In this document: in pieces, positions 39,501-52,410 of the stretch
Layout: every line of letters starts with the position of its first letter
Position numbering within the stretch: position 1 is the first letter of the stretch
NCBI GenBank assembly: GCA_001949185.1
Contig: BDGG01000004.1
Coordinates: forward strand, 4,125,777 to 4,189,776
Source: Ramazzottius varieornatus
Lineage: Eukaryota; Animalia; Tardigrada
DNA length: 64,000 nt
Direction of reading: 5' to 3'
Translations under genes and position numbers: made by a program
The notes under the pieces: model-generated
Told to the model about the DNA's origin: nothing
Database searches by the model: none
What the model saw: only the letters and a program-made list of their open reading frames with translations

Positions 39501-42500
39501 AAAATCATCTAAGAATTTTTGTAAGACATGAAGAATGTATTATGGTCCTTAAGGGATCGTGAGCGTTGCGCCAGATTTTCTCAAGTGGCGTGAAAGGAAT
39601 TTCTAGATGGAGCTCTTCACTCACCGCTTTTTCAATGTACACCAGCCGCAGAAAGGATCTTGCGAACGAACGCAGTCGCTGCAGGTGGAGAAGACACTAC
39701 AGTCCGCTACTGCCGCTTTGATGATCTGCAAGGCGAACAAAATAGCGGATTAGCGGAATATTCCTCTGTATTGAAACAAAGGCTTTTCGAGAGAGTCTTC
39801 AAGAGGGAAACCTGTTCACCGCCGCCGAGAAAATATTGGCAGTCGGGATCATTAGCTGTTTGATTGGCTACATAATGTATTCAAGCGCATTTCTCAATTC
39901 TCATCTCTGTTTATCTTTTGGTCTTAATGATGGCAGCGCCATGTTTTTCCAAGTGGTGTGCCCGAACTATCCCCTAGCTCACTGAACTGTCCTCAATATT
40001 GGCTTGCATAGCCATCAATTATCCATTTGCCAACATGCAAAAACATATTGTGCGTGATAGTGATATGTGGAGCAGGGGAATTTATACAGGAGGCTAATGA
40101 GGTGCCGTATGAATATATTCTCAGCTTCCTGTGTGACTGATACAGTGACTCGTCTTACTTGGGTCTTGGTCAGGACGTAGACGAACCGACGAGAGGCATC
40201 AAAATGGATGGAGCGGATGGGCGAGTTGTGAGGCGTAGTTTCGAGATGGATCGTGGCATATTCTAGTGCCAAATGACGCGTCTTGACAAGTATCTTTTTC
40301 ACTGATCCCTTATGCGTGGCTGCCAGGATGACTGTGTTGTCGGCTGTCGTGGTTCCCACTATCGATGTGATGCGTTCGTTGGTGTAGACGATGAGAGCTT
40401 CGGAAGCCAACGGTATCGTCCCTTCGATCATTAAGTGTTCTCCGCAAAAGTCTGTCACGACCCGAGGATCCTACATAGACAAACATTCAAACGTTATTAA
40501 GTATGCGTACTAGAGTGACCAGAGCCGACGCTTTTAACTTCATTACATTATTCGGTCAATATTTGCGAATGCTTGGTTAGGCCGGAATTGGGATTATGGT
40601 GGCAGATGAATTCAGCCGAAACGTTATCCCAAGTGGCGCACGTTCGCGTTGTTATTGGTCAATAATGTGCGCCACTTACAAAAACGATCTCGTTTGAGTC
40701 GTTTGCCAACGTTCCAATTATGCTTTCATACCTTCGGGCATGCTCCCACTGCGCCGGCAATGTGGTTGAGTCCTCTATGGGCTCGATTGGCGCTGAAGCA
40801 CAATTGGGCATTGCGCTCAAATACCTGGACAATGTCCTTCATGGTGAACATGCATACAGCGCAGGACGCTTTCGGAAAGTCCACTCGTGTCTCACTGGCT
40901 GCGAACGCCGCCACAACAATCTAGAACATAAAGCATGCTTCTCCATCAACCAGTTAATTCAACTACAGGTGCAAAAAGGATAACAAGCTGGTTGGGCGTT
41001 GTCAAAATGTCCGCCCTTCATACCTTCTCATTGCTGAACAACTTCAATCGTTCGGCCAGCTGCTTGTCCGGCTGAGTCAAATCAACGCTTTGTACCAAAT
41101 TATACTTCGTGCCTTTTGATTGACAGGTCAGGGTGACCTCCATGTAAGACTCAAACGAAGGATCTATAACACGCATAGAACATGGTTGACTTGTACAATT
41201 ATGGGACTATGTATACTTCTTTGCAGTCTGGAGAATAATTAAAATTAATCTTACCATTGGCGCAAACACGAACGAGCTTGCTGACAAAGCCCTCGTCGGA
41301 ATTTTCGGCGTTAGCCGGTTGAATGGTGAAAAAGTAGGCATATCCATCCTCGTAGAACCCTGTCACGAACAGGACGCCATGAAAATAAACTGTGCTTATC
41401 ATAACGATGTCGTTTGCTATTACAACATTCTAATCAAACTTTTGTTCGAAAACTGCAGCTGCCACACTACGTATTTTTCTGTTTTTCGTCTGTTTGCTAC
41501 CTGTATTTATTTAACCTGTGAAAAGCTTCACTGATTTAATCTGGGATTATTATTCAGCACTTACCGCCGATGTATTTGATATGGAAAGTTTCGAGAAATT
41601 GGCTGGCAATTTTGATTCGGGCTTGGACGAAGCGTCGAGCTCTGATGACTTCATGCGTTTTGAGATTGCGACTACTGATGGCCGGTATCTCCTCGCGATA
41701 AGGCCCCAGAAGGGTATGTGAAGATGCCACATAAAGGACGCGATGAGAGCGCGCTTCGGGCAATCCCGGTGCAATGAAGGCAACAGTACTGGACGAGGCA
41801 TCGTTGGGCACAAGTGGCACTTGGATGGTTGGCCACTTCTTCCCGATATCTAAACAACAAAATAACACGTGCAAAATATTCCATAAAATATTTGTACTAG
41901 GCAAGGAAGGCCGAGACACAATAACCACTCAGCTTCAGGCGTCCACATACAGTGAACCTACGGTCTTTCAGGTAGCGCGTGTATGCAGGCGTCTGCTTAT
42001 TTTCCGAAGTATGGAACGGTACAGCAGACTACGGAGTAAGTTAACTAATAGCTGGTCTTTGATTCTTACCGTCCAGAACATATTTTTCACAGATGCCTTG
42101 GAATAAACTTCCGCACACAAGGAGGATCCGTTCCACATTGTCGATGATGAGGGCTTTATTATGGTTATCAGTGGGGACCTTTTCCGCGCCTTGTTGACAT
42201 GAGCCTCTGGCCGAGCAATAGATACCTAATATGGTAATAAATTGTCCAGGGTTATTTGATTAACGAGCAAAGGAAGTAATAAGGGCGACTAGGCAGGAGC
42301 GATACATACTGTCATCTTGAGGTCCTGTTACCGCTGATCTTTCAACAAGGAGATCGGATGTCAGCTGATACAATTTGTTTAGTCCAGCGACGTATACTTT
42401 TCCACTTTGTTGATCGACCACAAGATGAGTTAAATCTGTTTGGCTGGTGTTGTTGTAACGCAGGCTGTTATTGTCCAGATGGGCCACTTTGACCACTTGG

Positions 42501-42601
42501 CTCAACGCGACTGGACAATGTCCACTCATCAGGGCGTATATCGTGAGGACCCATAACGTCTTCATGGCTTTTTGCGTTGTGGCAGTGAGGAATGTGGGCA
42601 T
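33527..42601 (-). CDS. PlexB: Plexin-B-like semaphorin receptor (signal peptide, Sema, PSI, IPT, TM, split RasGAP with RBD), many exons
   Basis: Sema motifs [12 protein letters not shown] and [24 protein letters not shown], and a TM helix. [20 protein letters not shown] and [16 protein letters not shown] are invertebrate PlexB-type. Also WKSN|SLPLRFW and [14 protein letters not shown]. Confidence 0.93.
40601..40680 (+). repeat. Dispersed hairpin element, copy B (plexin intron)
   Basis: GTTATCCC-AAGTGGCGCAC-gttcgcgttgttattggtcaataat-GTGCGCCACTT. Confidence 0.75.
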
Positions 42602-45600
42602 TTGGGCTGCTTACGTTCGTGCTCTTGAATCTGCCAATATAAATGCTCCGTTTGACATCTTGATGGCCGATGATCTATCACTTATCTGCAAGAAACAAAA
42701 ATGATCAGTTGAAAATATACCAAGAAGCAATACAATCAGTTTACGTTGTGGCAAACAATCTGCTGCAGAGTGGCTCGACCGGCGCTGCTTGTACAGAGAA
42801 CATCGCAGCCGCATCATCTTTAAAATTACTGAAGACGATAGTCAAGACGACACGTAAAAACACGCTGCGAGGAAGAGACTTCCCTTCGCCATAAAGTTGA
42901 TTGAACGATCAAAAATTAACGATGACAGTAATCTTGCAATGCGCACGGCAGCTCGCTCTAACAAATATCGACTTTTTCCGCCGCTTTGCAGTGTTAACAC
43001 CATCCATGATATATAACGTCTCTATTACGGTATCACTTTTCCTTCTCTTTTCAAGACCGAAACGACAGGCTTTCACGTTTTCAAACACACTATCCAGAAA
43101 AATTTGACAAACGTCCTCGCGCAAAGAAAGCCATAAATCTCAGAAGAAAAATGATCGACCAATCGAGCGAAGCGGCATTGCCGGCGCATCCACTTTTCCC
43201 AAGTGAACTTGCGCATTTTTTGACTCATCTCGCATTCTCACTTCCTTGTTCATCGATGGTCCAGTTTACGGGATCTGCATAACATTATGCCGGTCTTGGC
43301 AAGTTTATGAGGCGGAAATGGCGCTTGACGATCTGTCCAGATGAGTTTTTTCCCAGCAGATTTGTAATGTGACACGCTACCGGGCACACGCAAAACAGGC
43401 GTCGTTCTACTTTAGCGACCAGCCTGAATGACCCGCGGACAAGAACGCGGTTCTCGTTCTGGCCGATTGCCTTGCACCACAGCCGCGGAGAATAAAATGG
43501 GCAGGCAGGATAGATGGGGCGAAATGGGAGAAGCAGTCAATGTCCACACTTCGTTAACATGCATCCACATTTGGGTCATGTAAATTCCAGGGATACGTGA
43601 TGAGACATGATTGACAGTAATGGGAGATTGGGATGCAATGTGTGCATTCCATGACTTTTTTCCCATTGATTAATTGATTTCATGAGCTCGCTTTAAGTAC
43701 GCTTATCGCCTTTTTATCACCACTTTCTTTCTTGTGGATAAACGACCATTCTGTTCCATCTTGTTAAGAAAAGCCATTATTAGTTGTTACAGCCCTTCTC
43801 CTCTTCAAGACATATTTCCATCATCCACCTCGCGATTGATGGACAGAAGTTGGTGTGAAAAGGAGCGCAAGAATGTCCTCACTTCCTTCTTCACTATGTT
43901 TTGGTTAACCTCCGCCTAAGTACCGCCGTCTCCCCAGTCCCCACACAAAACAGCCCAGTACTTCATGTCTTCAAAGAAAACCCCGAATACAATGGACGCA
44001 GTCACTACAGATGGACGGCTATTAGTCCAATTCGTTTACTTCAATACAAGGGTCTCAACAACGCCCCAACACTTGCACAAAGCGTCTCTTAAACACTTTT
44101 GCTCTCTTCCCAAAAGAAGTTCTCTTTCTCTAACGAAAATGACCTGCTGCAACCCAAAGATCAGGTCACACATTTCCATTATCGCTATCTCGCTCGATTA
44201 CGTATGCGATACATGATTATGAGGACAGTGAGATTTCGCACATAAGCGCATCGCCACTGACCGTCGTCCGAATGAACTTTTGAGAAGATCGATTTTAATT
44301 TCGAAAGTCGACAGGGTTGCATTACTTGACGATCATTGAAGGATCGTGTTATGCACAGTGTCCCTGTCCCTTTCCTTGCCGGTGGTCCGAGTCCAGAGCA
44401 CTCCAGACTGTCCCAACTGTCACTACTCTATTTACAATTTAATTTCCGCGATGTCCACGATACAAAGTACCGTACACCACACAGTAACCATTACTGACAT
44501 GGGCTTTGACCAAATAAATATTTTAAAATTGTTCCACCAGGAACTTTGGTACGTGCGCCACTTGATCAAGATGATCTTAATTCCCTGTCGAGTTCTTCAG
44601 TACTTTTTGTTAGACGGAAATGGTTTATCATATGCAGATTATGGGAGGGTGCTCAAGAAGCCATAAAGGCACCGGAAGGCGATATAACGCCAGGTGGATT
44701 GATTTAAAGGCAAATGAATTTGATCAGGCGCTGCAGTTGAGTGTAGTCAGTTGAGTTGAGAGGGGGGAGCTGAAGCACTTCAAGGAATTTATTGTCCTCC
44801 ACTTTGAAGAGAGCACCTAAGTACTAGTGCAATCTGTGCAAAGACGGTTCTCTTCTCCACTTTCGCCGGCTGCAGCGACCAGCAGGTAATTCATCCTCAA
44901 TTAAACTTTGCATTGAGCAATACAGAAGAATATGTTTATACGTACTAGCAAGTAATGCCATCCACAGTGGGCTTTTGAATGCAAGATTTTGTCGTGCGCT
45001 GCGTGATCAATAGAACGCTGGCGAATTAGTCCAAGGGTCAGATTATTGTCTCAAATTTCATCACAAATATATTTATTATTTATGCCAGTCGGCTGGGCTC
45101 TTGCATTAGACTCCCAAGAGGATGACCGACAACTCGCACATCATATAACCATCTATAGTGGCGCAGCTGCACAAAGGGCAGAGACCGGCTGGGAAATACA
45201 AGAAGTCTAGTGTTTTGATCATAAGCCCAAAAGTAAACTCTGTCGGACATACTTGTAATAAATAAAAGTTGCAGCCATGCTCTAATTATGTTTGATCGCG
45301 TATCTATATTGCTTCATTACCGGGGATTGAAGGCTGGTCAGCCAAGACGCGCCGACAAATGATAATTACCGGTTGTTTAATTAGATGCGGTCATAAATCC
45401 TAAGCGTTGACTAAGTCAACTCTCTTAGGGATATATATCATGTTATCGATTTATTTCTCAAACCCAGGGCCAAGCGGGACAGACTCCCTACATCCCCACC
45501 CAGGAAGGAATGCAACCATCTAAACAGTTTCCACCATAATGTTATTTCCGAAGGTAGTCAAGCGAAGAAACGCTAGGAATTTCGCCATGTTTATGTGGGA

Positions 45601-46937
45601 TATTTGTCAAAATTCATGGTCTGGATATCACAAGTATTGCTTTAAACGCTTTTACAACGACCAGTCTGGTACCCCATCATTTCTTCCTCCTTCACGAGAG
45701 TAAACATGCAATATACCCAAGCCGCACATAAACGCACCCGCGTAAAGTACAGTATTTCCCACGTTCCCACGAGCCACACCCGTTGCCCCACAAATTCCCG
45801 ATATTTAATGGACATCTCTTCGTGGTCAGACTTTCACGTACCGAGGAACGGTGCTGTGTTTCACTTCGCTTTGAACGTGTTTTTTTGTCTGTCAGAGAAA
45901 AAAAAACACGTTCAAATGGAAGCGAGACCTTGTCTCTCTTTAAGAAAATTCGACACATCTGTCAAGCTCGTTCGTCGGTTTTTCACGTATTTTCAAGCGG
46001 TCTGACCAGCAAACTGCGGAATTTGATATTGAATTTTCGAGTGGACAGATCACAGTCTCCGTGTGAAGAAGCACAAAATGATTTCAACAAGTATCTGATC
46101 TCTTCATCTCACCAGCTTGGCGGCTAAGGGGCGTTAACCTACTGATACGGAAGATGAAAATTGTATTTTGGTAATTCATAGAATAGCCGGAACGGCTGTA
46201 TGCCCCGACGCAACAGTGCGGAAGTGCGTCTCAGTAGGCTGGCAATTATGGAAGATGATTGGAACGGCAGTGCTCCTTTTCAGGCCATAACTGTGTCAAT
46301 GCGGCGCTTGGCTCTGCATTACGGCCTTCCTTGAATTACAATCCGGTTAACGGATCATGTTATCCACTCGGCACAGGAAGAAACTGTGAGCAGTAGCACG
46401 TGAGCTGGAGGAAATGGTTATCCCGGTGCCGTGGGGAGAGGTCTGCTTTTGGATAGTGTTATTGGTCGTCTCTTGGATATCCCCTATTCAGCGACGAATG
46501 GTTTGCCCAGTTCAACTGTATGGTCACCCTCAAACACTGAATTACATACTATTGAAAAGTTATCCAGCGTTCAAGCGATACCCAACTAGCCGCAGCTTGC
46601 ATGCAAACCGGACACAAAGAGAGCCACTGTAATGCCCAAATAACAGATCGATCCTTCAAAGGAAACGTTTGCATTCTAATCGAAACTATGTTTTGAATTG
46701 GCTCAAATATCTTGTCTACACCACCGCAGAGTATTCAATGGTCAAACGGGCGGATACGGCAAATAAAGTCTTGGGAACATTGGAAGCTGTCTGGTTAAAA
46801 TTAGGTTGATTTACGAAGGGGAACATCAACCGCAAGTATCGTCAAGATGGCCTAACGCGCATGGACATCAATGCCAAGACGGTTGTCCATCAACCAGGAT
46901 GAACAGAAGATGAGGAACCTCATATGGGTAAAGGGGA

Positions 46938-47023
46938 GCAAATGGAAATGCGCCGAATCGTTAGATCAACTGGCGCACGTCTTTTAGTGCTACTGGCTGC
47001 GAGTGTGCGCCACTTGGAGAAAA
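46938..47023 (+). repeat. Dispersed hairpin element, copy C
   Basis: TGGCGCAC-gtcttttagtgctactggctgcgagt-GTGCGCCACTTGGAGAAA, preceded by GCAAATG. Confidence 0.7.
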
Positions 47024-50000
47024 TTCTGGCTCAGATCATTTGCCAAGGCCCCTTTTTTTCCTCTCGATCTTCACCCAACAATATTACATGCGAAACTTTA
47101 CGCTCGAACGAAGCAATGTAACCTCAACGAAAAGTTATTCCTACGTCTAATCACCCTCGTTATAACTCGTCATAATCGGATTCCGATATCGGCTTCGCAC
47201 AATGACGCATTGCCGGCAGAAACACGACAAGACAGCTGGACAGAGCAACACATCATTCTTTGATTATGCATTATGTCGATCGGCTCGTTGAATAATATTT
47301 CCGTGCCGACCGGCATTCTTTGCTGGACAACGTGAACAGCTTTGAGTGACAAAGGAAGTGACGAGCTGCCCTTGCGTTTTTTCTCGCTCTTCCTTGTCAG
47401 TGGGTCAGCTTTGGACACATCATCCAAAGGAGTCACTTTTGCCTTTGTCCCACTGTCAGCACATGTCCATTTGTTACGCAGTCAGACACCAGATCGACTC
47501 ATGCACGCCCATATTCGTAATGGAGAAAATATTCAGTGTCATGCCGCGTTCACATTTATTCTGCCTGTCACAGAATGCCGTTTTTTTCGCCAACGAGCTC
47601 AAACAAACATGTAATATTTCAGATATTTATTTATGGACTCAATTTCTTCACGATCGAGTTGAAAGACAAGGCCGACACTTTAGACGGACCAAGCAGAGGA
47701 TATATGGTTTCTATAAGGCAATACTTCCAGCGTCTCTTTGAATATTTAAGAAACTCGAGTCAAATTCAAGTGCGGTCATGTTACCCGCTTCCGTGCTCTT
47801 TGCCATAAGATGTGCTCATCCAACATGTCACAACACTTTTGCCTGTCGCCCCGATCTTTGTTATGTAGTAGCTGGACAGGCTTTCGACTCGAGGGAAATT
47901 ATGGGGATGCGTGCTTCAGTACCGTTGGTCAATTGCCGGCTGCATGTTTTGCCAGAGTTAATGAAGGTTCCGACCGGTGAAGTGCCTGACGTGATGCAAT
48001 AATGTGCTCGCGGTGTACATGAAAATGGTGAGCGACATGCGACCACGACCTGTCGACCAGGTAGTACATAATAGCACCATATTTACATCGTCCAAAATTG
48101 ATTCGAACTAGATAAAGATAATTGCTTAATCAATATTCACACGTGGAAATATTGTGGGCTATTGTGGCAATATAGACTGACGGCCTAAAATTGAACGTGA
48201 CACTACAGCTGTTGACATGTGGTAAAAAAGCCGCCATAATACGCCGACTTTTGTAAATTAACTGCCATTTTCTTCTTATTGATACGGACAAACGGACGAA
48301 GACAGCGGGCAAAATTTATATGCAGTGCCATGCGGAAGATCGTCTTACAGTACGTAATCAGATTATGCTAATTTCGTATCGATGAATTCTCTAAATATTC
48401 TGCGGCGAGCCTTACCTTGAAGAAGATATCATTCGACGAGGAAGTACGAAGTGATGAGCAAAACAAGGCTTGTTGTCTCTGGATGAGCACAATATATCAC
48501 TTAGATTAATTCCGGATATCGACAGGGGTATCAGCTGAGGATCAACGGGAGGTTAGTTTAAAGTTGTGGTTCAGCTTGGCGAATTTCGAGCATAACAGGC
48601 GATAGGAGAGCGATCAGGCGATCACAGTGCGATTGTAGACCGTTCTTCTTTGTGAGCGATGGGGCAAACTTAACTGGACGTCGACGGACTGTCGGCACGG
48701 CAAATGCATTTGCACATGGTCAATCGGCAACCAGTGATAAAACGTGTTCAGACCACTCATGGCCTCGCTGACCAGTTCAAAGCCAAGACTAGCCACTAGA
48801 GTGATTAGAGGCATATACAAAGTATAGTATCGCTCGAGCGTCGACAGAGCGAGAGATAAGTTGACTGTACCGAGGAACTAACCTGACAGAAACGGGTCAG
48901 GAGCGGCAAGAGAAATATGGCTGGTCACGGCAGACCGGCGTACATATGTACATATGTGCGTACAGGATATATCGCACTGGACTACTCTTCGTCGACCAAA
49001 TCGATCAGCGGGATACAAATGTGCCTTTACAAGTAGCGGCTTAGCGGGGGGAACACGGCCACAACATTACTCCTTCCCCAATTCGAACACGACTGTGCTG
49101 TCACTTCAACAGGCCGACTGGAACCGTAGATAAACTAGTGATTTGTCCCGTTGCGAAAGCCGGCTGGCTGTAATGCTCCTTCGATAACGGAGAAGCGGCT
49201 TAAATATATTAACGTTGGACTTGGCAATAAAGAGAAGCTGGACAGTGTCCAGCGCGCTAAGCATTATACCCATCACCGCCCACAATGGAAACATATGTTG
49301 ATCATTTCCAGATTTTCTTTTCAATGGAAAACCGTCGGGGTTCCATTAAGCCTAATGCCAAAATCATTGGCAAATTCTTCCTTCTTTCTAGTTGGCCAAC
49401 TAGGAAGTAACAACGTCTTTCTAAGTCTATACGTTGGAAGAAAGACCTGGGCTGCATTGCATGCAACGCGGCACAGAAAAGGGAGCAACCGGTTAACTTT
49501 AAATTTCGCAACGAGTGGCAATGCAACTCGAGATATAATTACGGTCATTAGAATAAACAAGGGTAATTTACCGTCCGTGGTGGCTGAAGGTGCCATTTTT
49601 AAGTGGGAAACACTATCGGAATAATACCTGCATAGACCAGTCGGTACGTATAGGCTGGCAGCTTCATCAAATTATGATTATACGGGCAAGTGGGGAGAAA
49701 CGCCCGTCTTTCTTGTTAAAAGGCGTCTCCCGAAAGCGCCAGTACCTCATAAAAGTGCAGGTTAATTTGCATGTAGGAAACTTGTTCTGTTTTAGTGCTG
49801 TTGGCACTTAACTCAATATCTCCGGTCATTTTACAGAGGCTAGGCATACCGGAGTCGACGAGATGTCTGATGATGGCTCAATATACTTGCCTGGACGAAG
49901 CAAGCAATTAGGTGGCCATCAGTTGGATAGTGATCAGCACTAATGTCCCCACAACAGGCAGCCCACCCATTCACCGTGGCTCTATCTTTCTCAGATTTCT

Positions 50001-50319
50001 AACCGATAGCTACGACCCATAATTATGTTGCCAGCAAGTTTTTGCGACGTCCGGTGTTTGGAAGGCCATTACTGCGTGTAATATTGGCCAGGTCAAATGA
50101 CCAGTGTTATCTGGGTAATCTGTCCTGGTCCACTGCCTCGGGTTTCCAGTTGCATTTTCGCAAGAGATGCTTTACTACCCAAACTGACCAGTTCTTCCTC
50201 AAAGAGTATCATTGCATTCCTCAATCACCCTTCAACTATCCGTGACGGAACGCTGCCCATGGTCACATCTGCTATGGGATAATTTTCCGAAATATATTTC
50301 ACTGAAATGCAAAATTTGT

Positions 50320-52410
50320 CCTCTGAGCTCTCCACAATTGAAAGTGCGTCGAAAAAAAACTCAAAAGCAAAAAAAGTCGGTTTAACGCAGAAAGGATAAA
50401 AGGTACAAAGACAAGAAAGACTCTGGATGTATTTTTATGGAATGAATGAGCACAACCGGAAGGGTTGTCCAAAGAACTATTGGTCCCGATTCACGGTAGT
50501 AAGGTCATTTATCGACCAAAATCAATCGGCGCCGACATACTAAACATACAAATATGCATGAAGGAAGAAATGCGGGTGTTATTGCAGGCTTGTTGATGTA
50601 AAACCTGCGTTTGTTTTCCCAAGAGTAAGGAAAATGGCTGGTGGGATGCTTTCATCGGTGTACGGCGGTTCACTGAGCTATACTCTTTACAGGTGACGCC
50701 CGACGACCATTCACCTCCTCGTTGTGTCCGGTCAAGAGGAAGACCGTTTTGGGGGTCCGGTCCTTCTTCGACGCTGTCGCTGGACAAAGCCTAGTGACTG
50801 ACATGCCAGCGGGTAAACTCGAGGGAATTGAGTCCGTGCTGGCGTTGGTCAGTGTCGTCCCCTTTAAAGTGCAGGTATCGGCGGCGGAATGTCCACTTTA
50901 GATTTCTGATGTCTTTCTGATTCACCTATTCGAGAAGAAAAGAAAGACGATGTAGAGATACACTAACCGTGACGGAAGAGAAAACACCAAAATATATAAC
51001 TTTATTGAACTGGTTTCCCAGTTTGGCCTTTCCCTCGTCCATGTAAGCGTCGAGGACGGCGGTGGGGATATAATTAGAGAAGCGTTTGGACATGGTCGAA
51101 TGGGCCACATAATCGACTTCCGCTTTGCTGGCCACCGAGTCTTGAAATAATTCGGGCGGTTTCACAGACTCCGGGTAGTCATCTGCGACTAAATCGTCCT
51201 CGGCAGAATCAGCATTCAGATTCATTCTTGCTGATACCATGTTCGATGAGCGTCCACCGACCCGACCGTCTTTGGCGTAGTTTTCGCATTGGTATCTTCA
51301 GCAGTAGCGAAAACTGTACCGATAGGATCCCACGAATAACCTATCGTCGTAAAACCTCGTTAATTTATCATCACTTACAGCAAACCCGCCCATTAGAGCA
51401 GGCTCTCATAATCAGCTCACATGACACTATCCAGAAAACATTACATCCTTTCTTTGAATGTGCCAATCAGGAACTGTATAAGGAAGGGAAAGAAAACAAG
51501 AACGGAAATCGGGGCATAGGTACCTAGGACCCAGCTCAATCTTCGGGTTCGCTGTCTACGAGGGAAGTGAATGCGGAAGAAACGTAGTTTCTATCAGGAT
51601 GAGAAGACAATTAATGGCTGGCGCTGTGGTCGTCACGAGCAGCTCTCCTGTTTCAAGGTTCTAGTTAAGCCAGAACCAATTGGAAAAGCTCGAATAGCAT
51701 CCAACTATGCTCAGAGATAAATGAAGGTACCGTTTGAGGATGATCGGGCGAGACCAGACCGGCCTTGGAGCCATCGGGTTCGCCGTAAGCGGATTTCGAT
51801 CAGAGTCGATACGAGCAAGCTCTTTTTAGCGAACATCAGTTCGAATGAAGCACCTAATTATGATGGAACCGAAGGTGCCAGATATGGGTTTGGGAAGCGG
51901 TTCTTGCTGAAGTGATTTGGTAGCATTGTTCAAGAACGGCTGCAGAAGTCCCCGTTGCTCAAGAAGGGCTGCTTCGATTCGATCTACAAGTTTAGTATCT
52001 TTGCTTCCACGTTGCAGCAAGTCGTCAGGCAGACGAGACTTTGCGGACAGGTTTCTGGATTTCTTTTTGCAATTACTGACGTTGTCGTTGCTCTGGTTCA
52101 GCTGGGAACAGGGCCACCCATCGTGGTCATCAGGGATCACGCGGATTTTACATGGTTCCCGGTAGCAACGACGGCAAAGTACAGCCAGGATGGTTCAGAC
52201 GAACACAATTACGGCTACCGCGATGACGACTAGGATCTCGATCCAGCTACAGACAGGAACGTATCGTCGTCGGGGAACTGACCACGGGTCCAAGACCCTG
52301 TGCTGTGCACTGGGAACTGCCGAGGAGGTCTTCACAGGTGGCGCCATTAGGGCAGGGTGTGTGCTGGTAGCCTGGTACTACCGGGAAGGTCCAAAGGCCG
52401 CCGACCACTT
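50320..52410 (-). pseudogene. Decayed duplicate of the 3' end of the Fat-like cadherin (EGF, TM, cytoplasmic exons, introns, 3' UTR)
   Basis: Colinear similarity to about 61765-63960. There is a frameshift in the EGF part, an in-frame TGA in the TM segment, deletions in the tail, and the terminal TAA after KQTQV is changed to TTA. Confidence 0.85.

Noticed and set aside
43610-43672. Imperfect hairpin as a possible pre-miRNA
   Set aside because: The stem is short and interrupted, with no recognisable mature miRNA.
48451-48538. GTGATGA...CTGA as a C/D snoRNA
   Set aside because: There is no terminal stem, it is antisense to the likely host transcript, and no rRNA guide is recognisable.
49883-49900. 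ATACTTGCCTGG resembling the U1 snRNA 5' end
   Set aside because: It mismatches the invariant ACTTACC, and no downstream U1 stem-loops or Sm site follow.
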